From the NCBI RefSeq assembly GCF_018350175.1, contig NC_058382.1, positions 55,306,001 to 55,370,000 on the forward strand: 64,000 nt of DNA, written 5' to 3'. The translations under genes and the position numbers were made by a program. This document shows, in pieces, positions 12,158 through 23,762 of the stretch (position 1 is the stretch's first letter; each line of letters begins with the position of its first letter). Source of the stretch: Felis catus. Lineage: Eukaryota. The notes beneath the pieces were generated by a model. The model did no database searches and was not told the DNA's origin. It was given only the letters and a program-made list of their open reading frames with translations.

Positions 12158-14964
12158 CTTTATTTATTTTTAAAATACAATTTATTGCTAAGCTAGCTAA
12201 CATACAATGTATACAATGTGCTCTTGGTTTGGGGACTAGATTCCCATGATTCATTGCTTACAGACAACACGCAGTGCTCATCCCCACAAGGGCCCTCCTC
12301 AATGCCCATCACCCATTTCCCCCTCTCCCCGCCCCCCATCAACCCTGTTTGTTCTGTGTAAAGAATCTCTTATGGTTTGCTTCCCTCTCTGTTTGAAACT
12401 ATTTTTTTCCTTTCCCTTCCCTGTCTACTGTTAACTTTCTCAGATTCCATATGAGTGACACATACAATATCTGTCTTTCTCTGACTTATTTCACTTAGCA
12501 TAATACCCTCCAGTTCCATCCACATTGTTGCAAATGGCAAGATTTCATTATTTCTCATTGCCAAGTAGTATTCCATTGTATATATAAACCACATCTTCTT
12601 CATCCATTCATCAGGTGATGGACATGTGGGCTCTTCCCATAATTTGGCTATTGTTGAAAGTGCTGCTAGAAACATTGGGGTACATGTGCCCCTAGGAATC
12701 AGAACTCCTGTATCCTTTGGATAAATTCCTAGTAGAATTACCCTATGACCCACTATGAGCACTATTTTTAATTTTTTGAGGAACCTCCACACTGTTTTCC
12801 AGAGCGGCTACACCAGTTTGCATTCCCGCCCACAGTCCAAGAGGGTTTCCGTTTCTCCACATCCTCTCCAACATCTACAGTCTCCTGATTTAGCTACTCT
12901 GACCGGCGTCAGGTGGTGTCTCAGTGTGGTTTTGATTTGTATTTCCTCAATGAGGAGTGACGATGAGCATCATTTCATGTGTCTGTTGGCCATCTGGATG
13001 TCTACTTTGGAAAAGGGTCTATTCATGTCTTCTGCCCATTTCTTCAATGGATTATTTGTTGGTTTTTCTTTTGCTGCGTCCCAAAGGGTTTGGGCTTTTT
13101 CTGCATCTATTGACAGGATCAAATGCTGGTTTAGGCTGTTGTGTTTTCATTGTCATTTGCTTCCATATGTTTTTCAATTTCTTCTTTAATTGCCTGGTTG
13201 ACCCATTCATTCTTTAGCAGGATGTTCTTTAACCTCCATGCATTTGGAGGCTTTACAAAATTTTTCTTGATTTCTGGTTGGTTTCAAGTTTCACAGCATT
13301 GTGATCTGAAAATATGCATGGTATGACCTTAATTCTTTTATATTTATTGAGGGCTGTTTTGCAACTCAGTATGTGATCTATTTTTGAGATTGTTCCATGT
13401 GCACTCGAGAAGAATGTGTATTCTGCTGCTTTTGGATGAAAAGTTCTGAATATATCTGTCAAGTCCATCTGGTCCGGTGTATCATTCAAGGCCATTGTTT
13501 CTTTATTGATTTTCTGCCTAGATGATCTGTCCATCGCTGTATTAAATTCTCCTACAATTACTGTATTGTTATCAGTAAAATTGCTTATGTTTGTGATTAG
13601 TTGATTTATACATTCGGGTTCTTTCAAGTCGGGGCATAAACATTTACAACTGTTCTTCTTGATGGATAGACCCCTTAATTATGATATAATGCCCTTCTTC
13701 ATCTCTTGTTATAGTCTTTGGTTTAAAATCTCGTTTGATATAAGTATGGCTGCTCCAGCTTTCTTTTGACATCTAGTAACATGATAGATGGTTCCGCATC
13801 CCCTCACTTTCAATCTGCAGGTGTTCTCAGGTCTAAAATGAGTCTCTTGTTGACAGCATATAGATGGATCTTGGTTTTCTATCCATTCTGATACCCTGTG
13901 TCTTTTGGTTGGAGCATTTAGTCCATTTTCATTCAGAGTGATTATTGAACGATATGGATTTAGGGTCATCGTGTTATCTGCAGGTTTCATTCTTTCTCGT
14001 GCTTGTGGTGATGTCTCTGGTCCCTTGCAGGGTTCCACTCACAGAGTCCCCCTTAGGATCTCCTGCAGGGCTGGTTTAGTGGTCATGAACTCCTTGACTT
14101 TTTGTTTGGGAAAACCCTTCTCTCTCCTATTCTGAATGACAGCCTTGCTGGATAAGGGATTCTTGGCTGCGTATTTTTCCTATTCAGCACATTGACTATT
14201 TCTTGCCACTCCCTTCTGGACTGCCAACTTTCAGTGGACAGGTCTGCTACTACCCTTATGTGTCTCCCTTGTAGGTTAAGGCCCGTTTGTCCCTAGCTGC
14301 TTTCAGAATTCTCTCTTTACCTTTGTATTTTGCCAGTTTCACTCTGATATGTCATGGTGTTGGCCTGTTTGTGTTGACTGTGAAGGGAGTTCTCTGTGCC
14401 TCCTGGTATTGGCACACTTGAGAAACAAGGGGCCGTAAGGACAGACAAGGTCTCTGCCCTCGTGAATCTTAATTCTAGTGGAGGAAGACATCAAACAAAC
14501 TAATAACTAGATAAGGTAACATCAGCACGCCAAGACTTTGATGGCATGATTTTACTGGGCCCCAGTCCAGAGTAAGTCCCACAACCCTGATTCATCACTC
14601 CTGAGGCCGTTTAACAAGCTAGAAATTGGTTCTGTCTCCATTTTTTTCCGTTCTCAGGTCCGTGGCCCAGAGAGGTTTTTCTCTTGGACAAATACAGTGC
14701 TACACTTCCACAGCCTCTCTTTCTCTTCCTTTTGTCCCTCCACAGAAGAGGATCCCCCCCACCAGAGCCTATGCCACACATTTTATCTCTCCCAGTTTGC
14801 AATCCCACACCTATGGCCCACCAAGTTGTCCCCGTGGGCCCCTGGAGATGTTTCTGTCACTCTGCAGCCCAGATTCCTGGAATTCTAATACTCAGTATTG
14901 CTGTGTTTGAGGGACGAGGGAACTTCAGGCCTCCTTCTTCTCCACTATGATGACTCCTCCCTCC
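12158..14964 (-). mobile_element. Carnivore LINE-1, collapsed by large internal deletions (3' UTR, ORF2 C-terminus, endonuclease domain, ORF1 end, probable 5' UTR start)
   Basis: Minus-strand peptides [37 protein letters not shown] (ORF2 C-term) and SIITLNENGLNAPTKRHRVSEWI..DLTDIFRTFHPKAAEYTFFSSAHGT (EN domain); L1-like 5' start GGAGGGAGGAGTCA at about 14964. Confidence 0.88.
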
Positions 14965-14989
14965 ACTGCATTTAGAAGATGAATAAGGA

Positions 14990-15200
14990 GGGGCGCCTGA
15001 GTGGCTCGGTCGGTTAAGCGTCCGACTTCAGCTCAGGTCATGATCTCACAGTGCGTGAGTTCGAGCCCCGCGTCGGGCTCTGTGCTGACAGCTCAGAGCC
15101 CGGAGCCCGCTTCGGATTCTGTGCCTCCCTCTGTCGGCCCCTCCACTGCTTGCACTCTGTGTCTCGCATTGTCTCAAAAATAAACATTAAAAAAAGTCTT
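14990..15200 (+). mobile_element. Felid SINE
   Basis: Full SINE; flanking TAGAAGATGAA(T/C)AAGGAG duplication. Confidence 0.92.
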
Positions 15201-15639
15201 TAGAAGATGAACAAGGAGTAGCAAAAAGCAAAGTCAAAGAACTGCTAACGTATCTTTTGTTGATACAACTCTCATAAAAATATAAAATGAACACATGGCA
15301 AAAATCTATCTAACTCATAAGTTAACAAGGAAACCAGTGTTGCTACCGATTCTAAGAATTCAAAGAACGATACAGACATAAGCTATCAGATGGCCAGGTC
15401 ACCCGACTCCACACTTCGCATTGCAGCTCAGATGAATGTTGTCCACAGCCGTGCAAATTACGTCCAGGGGAGATTCAAGTGCTCACTGCCTATGGATATC
15501 AACCAGTTTTTCCACGTTTGTATCGATTAAGCAAGTTTATTTAGCACCACCAATGGACGTGAAACCTGACCCGCCCACCTGATACCACACACAAAAATCA
15601 AGTCTAATTAAGACGATAGATGAAAATGTGAAGCTTAAG

Positions 15640-15835
15640 AAGAGCCCGGGTGGCTTGGTCGGTTGAGCATCGGACTCTTGATTTCAGCTCAGGTCCTGAT
15701 CTCACAGTTCATGGGACGGAGCCCCGAATCCGGCTCTGCACTGCACGCAGGGCCTACGTGGGATTCTCTCTCTCCTTCTCTCTGCCCTTCCCCTGCTTGA
15801 GTGCTCTCTAAGTAAATAAACTTAAAAAAAAAGTA
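15640..15835 (+). mobile_element. Carnivore SINE
   Basis: Degraded head, CT body, A tail. Confidence 0.8.
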
Positions 15836-16184
15836 AAAGATAAAACAATAACATTTCTAGAAGGTATTCACAGCCTTGGAGAGGGAAAAGCCGCTTTGGC
15901 AAAGCAGCCAAAGCACCAACCCTCAAGGAAGACCACTGAATTAGTCTCCACTGAAGTTGACAACCAGTGTTCATCCGGAGATGCAATCAGGAAAGCAGAA
16001 AGGGCAGCCACAGGACAGAAGACGGTATTTGCAATAACACAACTGACAAAGAACCTCAGTCACAAGAGGATTCCATCCCTCCAAACCAGTAAGAAAAAGA
16101 TAATTCATTAGGAAAAAAAAAAAAAATGGGCAGGTTTCATGAATGAGCAACTTACAAGAGTATAACCAAATGGCTGATAAGCAG

Positions 16185-16412
16185 GAAGGCCTGGGTGGCT
16201 CAGTCGATTAGGCGTCTGACTTCAGCTCACGTCACGATCTCACAGCTCCTAAGTGTGAGTTCGAGGCCTACGTCGGGCTCTGTGCTGACAGCCTGGAGCC
16301 TGCTTCAGATTCTGTGTCTCTGTCCCTCTGTTTTTCCCCGCTTATGCGCTCCCTCTCTCTCTCTCTCTCTCTCCACCCCTCCCCCTCAAAAATAAACATT
16401 AAAAAAAAAAAA
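16185..16412 (+). mobile_element. Felid SINE
   Basis: CCTGGGTGGCTCAGTCG head, CT body, A tail. Confidence 0.85.
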
Positions 16413-17109
16413 TCAAATGACTGGTAAGTATATAAAAAGACATGCACTCATTATTCATAAGAACACATAAATTAAAACCACAATAAAATACCACTACACA
16501 ATTATTAGAGTGGCAAAAATTTAAAAAGCTGTTAACACTACCAACTGTTGGCAAGAACATAGAGCAAATGGTACAGTGCTTGTTGCGTGGGACAAAATCA
16601 CATTTTATAAAGACATCTGACCCTCTCTGCCACGTTAACCACACGCATACCCGATGACCCAGCAACTCTACTCCTAAACACATACCTACCAAAAGGCATG
16701 TTCCAGAGCGTCCACAGTACTGTCATTCACAAGAGTCAAAAACAGATGAGTCCCACTGCCCATCTGCTGCGGAATTGGTGAGCCGTGTGTGTTTACACAT
16801 GGAGCGCATACACTGGTGACAAATAACTGAGCTATGACAACATGTAGCAACACGGGTGGATCACACAACCACAAGTTGAGTGAAAGAAGCTAGAAACACA
16901 AATGTAGCAAAGGAACAAAACGGAATAACAGAAATTAGTAGAAGGACACACAGGAAACCGTAGGATATTTGTAAGATGGGCTAGAATAAGCGGATGAAAC
17001 AGAATGGGGTATAACACATAAACAGAACATGGACACATTTGCACACTATTGTTTGAAGAAAGCAGAATGCAGAGCAAAGCACATCCACTGATACCATTTA
17101 AATGAAGTT

Positions 17110-17329
17110 TTAAATTTTTTTTTTTCAACGTTTATTTATTTTTGGGACAGAGAGAGACAGAGCATGAACGGGGGAGGGGCAGAGAGAGAGGGAGACACAG
17201 AATCGGAAACAGGCTCCAGGCTCCGAGCCATCAGCCCAGAGCCCGACGCGGGGCTCGAACTCACGGACCGCGAGATCGTGACCTGGCTGAAGTCGGACAC
17301 TTGACCGACTGCGCCACCCAGGCGCCCCT
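17110..17329 (-). mobile_element. Young felid SINE with TSD
   Basis: Near-consensus reverse complement; flanking TAAATGAAGTTTTAAA duplication. Confidence 0.95.
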
Positions 17330-17370
17330 AAATGAAGTTTTAAAACTACACACAGAACAGGATACTTCCC

Positions 17371-17604
17371 TCACGACCTTGTAACATGAGACTACTTAAT
17401 CAGACCACATGTTTTTATGTATTACCACACACGGGAGACAAAGAAGTAGAAAATATATTTTAAAAAAAACAAACCTACACCACGTGGCCTTTGGAGCTCA
17501 GTTCTTTGGGTACGAACCCAAGGAGCAGTGCCAGCACGAATAAAGTTGCTTTCTGGAAAGAAAAGCCTCAGTGTCCTGACTGTCTGTGCGAGAATCCCAC
17601 CACA
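17371..17604 (+). mobile_element. 5'-truncated ERV1-class LTR, same family as 23763-24327
   Basis: Aligns by eye to 23850-24327 (CACGACCTTG.AACATGAGAC.ACTTAATCAGAC...GTTCTTTGGGTACGAACCCAA...AAAAGCCTC.GTGTC); contains AATAAA; ends in CA. Confidence 0.75.
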
Positions 17605-17820
17605 GGGTGCCCGGGTGGCTCAGTCAGTTGAGTGTCTGATTTTGGTTCAGGTCATAATTTGACGGTTCATGAGTTCGAGCCCCGCATCAGGCTCTGTGCT
17701 GACCTACCAGAGGCTGGAGCCTGCTTCAGATTCTGTGTCTCCCTCTCTCTTTCTGTGCCTCCCCTGCTCATGCTCTGTCTCTCTCTCGAAATAAACATTA
17801 AATTAAAAAAATTTTTTTCA
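17605..17820 (+). mobile_element. Felid SINE
   Basis: Head, body and tail. Confidence 0.88.
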
Positions 17821-18058
17821 GGGGTGCCTGGGTGGCGCAGTCGGTTAAGCGTCCGACTTCAGCCAGGTCACAATCTTGCGGTCCGTGAGTTCGAGCCCCG
17901 CGTCAGGCTCTGGGCTGATGGCTCGGAGCCTGGAGCCTGTTTCCGATTCTGTGTCTCCCTCTCTCTCTGCCCCTCCCCCGTTCATGCTCTGTCTCTCTCT
18001 GTCCCAGAAAATAAATAAATGTTAAAAAAAAAAAAATTAAAAAAAAAAATTTTTTTCA
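17821..18058 (+). mobile_element. Young felid SINE inserted at the tail of the preceding SINE
   Basis: Near-consensus body; AAAAAATTTTTTTCAG on both sides. Confidence 0.92.
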
Positions 18059-18311
18059 GTCAAAATGAAGATGGAGTTAGTGGGGAAGGCAAAGGTGATA
18101 GGACAGCGACAGGCAAAGTTTTAGCTCTGTTATATATTTTATTTCTGTTTGAAACACTGAAAGTGTTGCTCTGTTTGGCACAAATGTAAAAGTGCGCTTG
18201 TTCTACCAAAACTGGATACATGGCTAACCACTTAAATAGAAGAATAAGTAATAATGAAAAATAAAGGAGAGAGCCAGGAAAAGGATGGGGTGGGGGAGGG
18301 GAGAGGAATCG

Positions 18312-18350
18312 GAGGGAGGGAGGGAGGGAGGGAGGGAGGGAGGGAGGGAG
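18312..18350. repeat. (GGGA)n tetranucleotide repeat
   Basis: Direct reading. Confidence 0.9.
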
Positions 18351-18499
18351 ACCAAGGGAGATGAAAACTAAAAGCAGTAGTACAGAATGTTAGCAGCTAA
18401 TAATTCTGGGTAGTGAGAAAACACCATTATATGAAAAAGGAAATTTTCAACTTTTAACGTTTCCCAGCTCCTGGGCCCAGGGAAGCTGTGCTCTAACAT

Positions 18500-18925
18500 T
18501 TACCAGAGTCCAAATGACTCAGCAAAACCTCAAAGCATGGGCTCTATTTCTGCTCAGAGCACAGGTTGTAGATCTGCTTCCTTAAAGAATAATAATAAAC
18601 AAAAATAAAGCATTCCAAATATAAAGCTAAAAAACCACCCACACGAACCTCCCTGGTTCCCATAAGATTAAAGTGGTACAGCCTTTCACATACTGAAAAC
18701 CTAAGATAAAGTCTGTACCTTTCTGAAATGTCCTTCCTCATGATGATTTGTAACTCTTTGTGTAAAACCAAACAAAACATATAGAACCCTACACCAAATG
18801 TTCCCTGGAGCATACTCTTTGTGAAGATTGTGTATCCCAGGAAGCTGTCCTAACTTGGGCTCGAATAAAACTCTTCCCCACTCTTTAAAAAATTTTTAAA
18901 AAGGTTTGTTTATTGTGCATCAATA
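18500..18925 (+). mobile_element. Probable ERV1-class solo LTR (boundaries uncertain)
   Basis: LTR-like layout: TATA-like ACATATAGAACCC, then CCTAACTTGGGCTCGAATAAAACTC poly(A) block and a T-rich U5-like end. Confidence 0.5.
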
Positions 18926-19441
18926 TATATTATTCTCTCATTTCTTTTCAATTTTATTTTCAAAAACAAGAAAAGAAAAATAAGGTTATATAAAAAGATG
19001 TACCAGGCAAATTCTCATAAAAAACACAGCTGGAGTAGCTTTGTTAGTATCAGATAATTACAGTGCAAGGTAGGGACCAATAACAGTAACATTGTATATG
19101 GTAACAATACTACCCCCAACAAACTGCTATAGACAAAAACTTTGATGCTTCTCACAACATAGCTCTGAAAAGTATAAAGCAGATTAGGGGAGGAAAAACA
19201 AGTTCACAGTTATAGTTAGGGAGAAAAAGTCCTCTCTTGAGAAAACTATAGCTCAAGGTAACAAAGGACAAAGAGGTTCTGAACACAAGTTCACAAGGTT
19301 GATCAAGTGCACACATAAGCTCCTACAAACACACTCTGAACTTTGCACCCAGAGAATACAGCTTTCGTTTAAGCACATTTACAAATATTGACCAAGCCAT
19401 GGGGGGTGGAGCGGGGGCTGGGGGGAACGTTCAGAGAACTA

Positions 19442-19503
19442 CAGTTGACCCTTTAACAATCTGAGTTTGAACCCTAGGGGTCCACTTGTACTTGGGATTT
19501 TTT
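19442..19503 (+). mobile_element. Tigger-family (Tc1/mariner) terminal fragment
   Basis: TA-CAGTTGACCCTTTAACAA...GGGTCCACTT.TAC resembles the Tigger2/MER8 terminus. Confidence 0.65.
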
Positions 19504-19758
19504 TAAGGGTTCACATCAAAAGCCACAGGCATTTATTTACAACTACCCACTCCAGTCTTCACGGATCTAATGGAAGGTACACCCGCTGCCCCCTGAGTAC
19601 CCAGGAAGGGAGGATATATGTCAGCAGCCCCTAAGAACCCTGGGTCCGGGCAGGGCTGCAGGTGCCTCCAAGTGGAGCACCTATGTTTGTGGGAGAAGAC
19701 AAAGCTGAAGGGGGCATTTTCACAGAACTTTATAAGCTTCTTTCAAAAGTCACATGGA

Positions 19759-19960
19759 GGGGCGCCTGGGTGGCTGAGTCGGTTAAGCCTCCGACTTCAG
19801 CTCAGGTCATGATCTCATGGTTCATGAGTTTGAGCCCCATGTCGGGCTCTGTGCTGACAGCTCAGAGCCTGGAACCTGCTGTGGATTCTGTGTTTCCCTC
19901 TCTCCTGCCCCCCCCCCCCCACCTTGCTCTCTCTCTCAAAAATAAACATTTAAAAAATTT
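19759..19960 (+). mobile_element. Felid SINE
   Basis: Full head, body and tail. Confidence 0.9.
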
Positions 19961-20074
19961 AATAATTTTTTCCCCTCCACATTGGGAGTTTCACAAACAC
20001 TTATCAAAAAAAAAAAAAAAAACAGCCAAAAAGATGGATTATTTTAACATCAAAATTAAAAGTACTATGTAACT

Positions 20075-20640
20075 GGAACACCTGGGTCACGCAGTCCATT
20101 AAGCGTCTGACTCTTGCTTTTGGCTAAGGTCATGATCTTGTTACAGGAAGGTGGGAGGACGCTGGTCCTTCACGGAGACGAAGAATGAATCTTGTGGACA
20201 ACAGAGACTACAGCGATAGCGTTTACTGAGGGAAGTATAAAGCTCTCAAGAGTGAGGGGGCGTCCCGACTGGGTAGCCACTGAGGAATTTTGTCCCTGAC
20301 TTTTTATTGGGACCTTATCACAAAGTTTGTGAGACTCCATGCATGCAACATAGCCCAGGCAGGTGTGGGATGTGATTATCCTTTTTTTTCCCCCCAAACC
20401 TCAAAGCTTCTTCCGCCTCTGCTTGCAGCTGCAGGCTGCCTCCCTGAAAGTTCCTGATCTCTCCCTAATGTTGTTCACCTCTTCCCTAGTTCAACCTCAC
20501 AGTTCATGAGTTCGAGCCCTACATCAGGCTCCATGCTGACAGTGCAGAGCCTGCTTGGGATTTTCTCTCTCTCTCTCTCTCTCTCTGCCCCTCCTGTGTT
20601 CTCTCTCTCTCTCAAAATAAATAAACTTTTTAAAAAAGAA
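20075..20640 (+). mobile_element. Carnivore SINE split by an LTR insertion (halves 20075-20138 and 20494-20640)
   Basis: Head ends GGTCATGATCT and resumes ACCTCACAGTTCATGAGTTCGAGCCC after a 355-bp insert. Confidence 0.85.
20139..20493 (-). mobile_element. ERV1-like solo LTR inserted into a SINE
   Basis: TG...CA termini, 4-bp flanks ATCT / ACCT (one mismatch); TATA-like and poly(A)-like hexamers read on the minus strand. Confidence 0.7.
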
Positions 20641-21356
20641 AGAAAAATACTATGGACAAAAGGAAGACAAAGGAAAGAAAAAGACAAGTGTTCAAGAACC
20701 CGTCCGTGTTCATCTGGTCAAACAGATCCCCCAATGCATCCCACAAACCCATACAAAGATGAGCAACCTGACAGAGAAGTGAGGAAAAACTAGGACCATG
20801 CAATTCCCCTGGAAAACCCAACCATCTAACAAATCCCTGACAAGATGCTATCTTTAACAGTCATCACAGAAGTGTAAAATCAAAAAAGTGATGAGCCATT
20901 TTTCTTTACTCCTCGGAGTGGCAAAAATTGAGACGTGAGAAAATTCTGGCAATGGTGTCAGGAAGCTAGGGACTCCGGTGGCAGGATAAATTTGTGCAGC
21001 CACTTCAGGAAACAAATGAACTTCAGGGCCGGCCATCCCCGCCCCCTGCCTCCCACACCTGCCAGCGTCAGTCCAGGCGTAGCTACGGATCTCTGTTCTG
21101 GCTGCCAGGTGTGAGAAGAAGCCACAGCATAGGCTTTGAGGAACGGAAGCACCTGGCGTTCCCTTTGACCTCACTTATTTCCCTCTTCTTGCCTGTAAGG
21201 ACACCTAGAAATACCGCACCTTCTCAGCAAGAATTGTCAGAACGAAGGCCTAACAGTGTGGAAAGATGGCACCTGGTCCCTGATGTCACACCTTAGACCT
21301 GCTGACTTCTGGACTCTGCAACAGGAGAACAAACCCGTTTTTTCAGCTACTCTGAG

Positions 21357-21405
21357 GTTTTTAAGTTTATTTATTTAAGAGCGAGAGCACATGTGAGTAG
21401 GGGAG

Positions 21406-21470
<65 letters not shown>

Positions 21471-21755
21471 GCGCACGCAGGAGAGAATCCCAAGCAGGCT
21501 CCGTGCTGTCAGTGCAGGAGCCCGGGGCTCAAACTCATGAACTCCAAGATCATGACCTGAGCCTAAATGAAGAGTTGAATTAAAAAAAAATTTTTTTATG
21601 TTTATTTTTGAGAAAGAGACACACAGAGGGGAGCAGGGGAAGGTCAGAGACAGAGGAAGACAGAGAATCCGAAGCAGTCTTGAACCCACGAACCATGAGA
21701 TCCATGACCCGGGCCGAAGTCGGACGTTCAACTGACTAAGCCACCCAGGTGCCCC
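21357..21755 (-). mobile_element. Two tandem/nested carnivore SINEs with a long (GA)n tract at about 21410-21463
   Basis: Two reverse-complement SINE bodies; GA microsatellite from the SINE CT-rich region. Confidence 0.85.
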
Positions 21756-22879
21756 TGAAGTAATTTTTGAAATGAGCAGCGAAGTGCACGTCTGACACAG
21801 TAGAATGTATTAACATTACCAGTTGCACTTCTGGGTGTCTACCGTCGAGACTCATTTGGAGATGTGCCTAAGAGCATTCACAGCTGTGCGGTTTGATAAA
21901 CTGGCCACGTGGAAAACTGAGTAAGTATCACTAAGGCCATGGCTATGGCAGCAGGGTAGTGTTTGTGCACCATGAATGCTATGCCGGTCCTAAAAACAAT
22001 CAGGTATAGCGTTTTCATTTGATGGTCATAAATAAGACCCATTCCATGCCACCATGGTATCCAGAAATCTACATCGATGTCAATGGTCTGTAAAACAAAG
22101 ACAAGCTGATATGCTGAAGCCTCTACCTTGGAGCCTGGTTACACCCCAAAGTGTGTACCCAGGGTGGGGCGCAGAAAGGCAATCTCGGTGTTTGACCTCC
22201 CAGCTCCCATACCTCTCCCTGTGAGTCATGCTGGCGACTTCGGCAGGGAGGCGGGAGAGGTAGATATAGCACAAGCACAGGTAGGGAGTGAAGTTCTGAT
22301 GAGATAGAGACCAAGAGCACTTCCCACACCTGGGGAGAGGCTGGGGCAGCCTTTCCATCTGCTCTGAACACTTCCATCCCTACGGCACTGGCCCGAGCAG
22401 GACTTGGTTTATCATTTCCCGAGTCTGCGATGGTGGAATCACTGATGTAATAACCATCATATCAAGAAGGACAATGCATCGTTTGAAGGTATTATTGACC
22501 CTGCTACTAATGTAGTGATGGGCCAACAATGAGAATTACCTATACTCAGGCAGTGCAGATGGCTTTTCAGGTTTTGAGAAAATGAATAGTAAAACAATAC
22601 ATTTCACAAACGTTTTTGGAATCATGTTGTTCTATTTACTGAAATACCAAGTTCCAGTTGAATTCACTGAAATGTTTTCCTTGTTGCTTGAATCCTAGAG
22701 TATTTTGCAAAATAGTTTGTTTTACTGCATTCCCAAGGTTGATACTGGAATTTTTTCAAGTGTATCACTGGGCTGCATAATTTGTACCAATATTTACTGA
22801 AATACTTATTTTTCTACATGCACAAAGGCTACTGGCAGAGGAATTTTTTCAAACGTATTATGGTTTGCTACATGACCAG

Positions 22880-23100
22880 TTTTTAAAAATATTTTTAACG
22901 TTTATTTATTTTTGAGACAGAGAAAGAAAGAGAGAGTCGGGAAGGGGCAGAGAGAGAAAGAGAGACACAGAATCCGAAGCAGGCTCTAGGCTCTGAGCTG
23001 TCAGCACAGAGCCCGACGCGGGGTTCAAACTCACAAACCGCGAGATCATGACCTGAGCTAAAGTTCGACGCTCAACCAAATGAGCCACCCAGGCGCCCCC
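22880..23100 (-). mobile_element. Felid SINE
   Basis: Full reverse-complement SINE; TGACCA.TTTTTA flanks. Confidence 0.92.
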
Positions 23101-23537
23101 TGACTTGACCAATTTTTACTGAGATGCACTTTATTTTGCCTGTAGTGTAGAGGAATTCCTTCAAATAGACTTTACATCATGGCTGTCTTTTTTAATTCCC
23201 AGTACTCAGTGAAATACAGTGCCGGTGTTAGCTTTTATACTCCCACATGTCAGATTACCTTCTCTTCCACCAGTATATGTGTTTTGCAGCAAGCTATATC
23301 AAAGGATCACTGACAAACACATATACATAAAATTTCCTCCAGCCAGGTAATTTTATACTAGAATTTCTCAAGATTGGCAGAATATTGCTGCATACTCAGA
23401 ATTTAGGATTTCTGACCAGATTCTACTATATGTGTGCAAAATGATTTTTTTCCCTTTAAAACCACTTCACAATAACTTCTAATACCTATATTATGGGGGA
23501 AATACTTAATCCTTTATATGATTTTAATGTCATATAC

Positions 23538-23671
23538 AGAGTGACCTTTTCATTTATTGTACAAAATGGGACGTATTTGAAAGTGAAAGAGGGCACTATT
23601 AAAAATGAGGCTAAGGCTACAGGCATAAACTTGGAGCTGTCCTGGCCAAACTGTGACATGTAGTTATCATA
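23538..23671. mobile_element. MER94/MER81-like hAT-Blackjack MITE
   Basis: About 134 bp; GTGACC..ATTTATTGT.CAAA..GGGAC..TTTGA.AGTGAAAG.GGGC.CTATT..ACAGGCATAAAC..CTGTCCTGG.CAAAC resembles the remembered consensus. Confidence 0.65.
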
Positions 23672-23762
23672 TAATATGCCAGCACACCTATGTCAGGAAA
23701 TAAGGAATGTATACTGTTTCATAAGAAACACAAAAAACCGAAGGAAATCTGGGGCATGAGAC

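Larger units (their letters stand above)
15550..17105 (+). mobile_element. Old L1M fragments (ORF2 3' end and 3' UTR) interrupted by SINEs
   Basis: Degenerate L1 motifs (ataccacacacaaaaatcaa; gacccagcaactctactccta; gttgagtgaaagaagctag). Confidence 0.65.
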
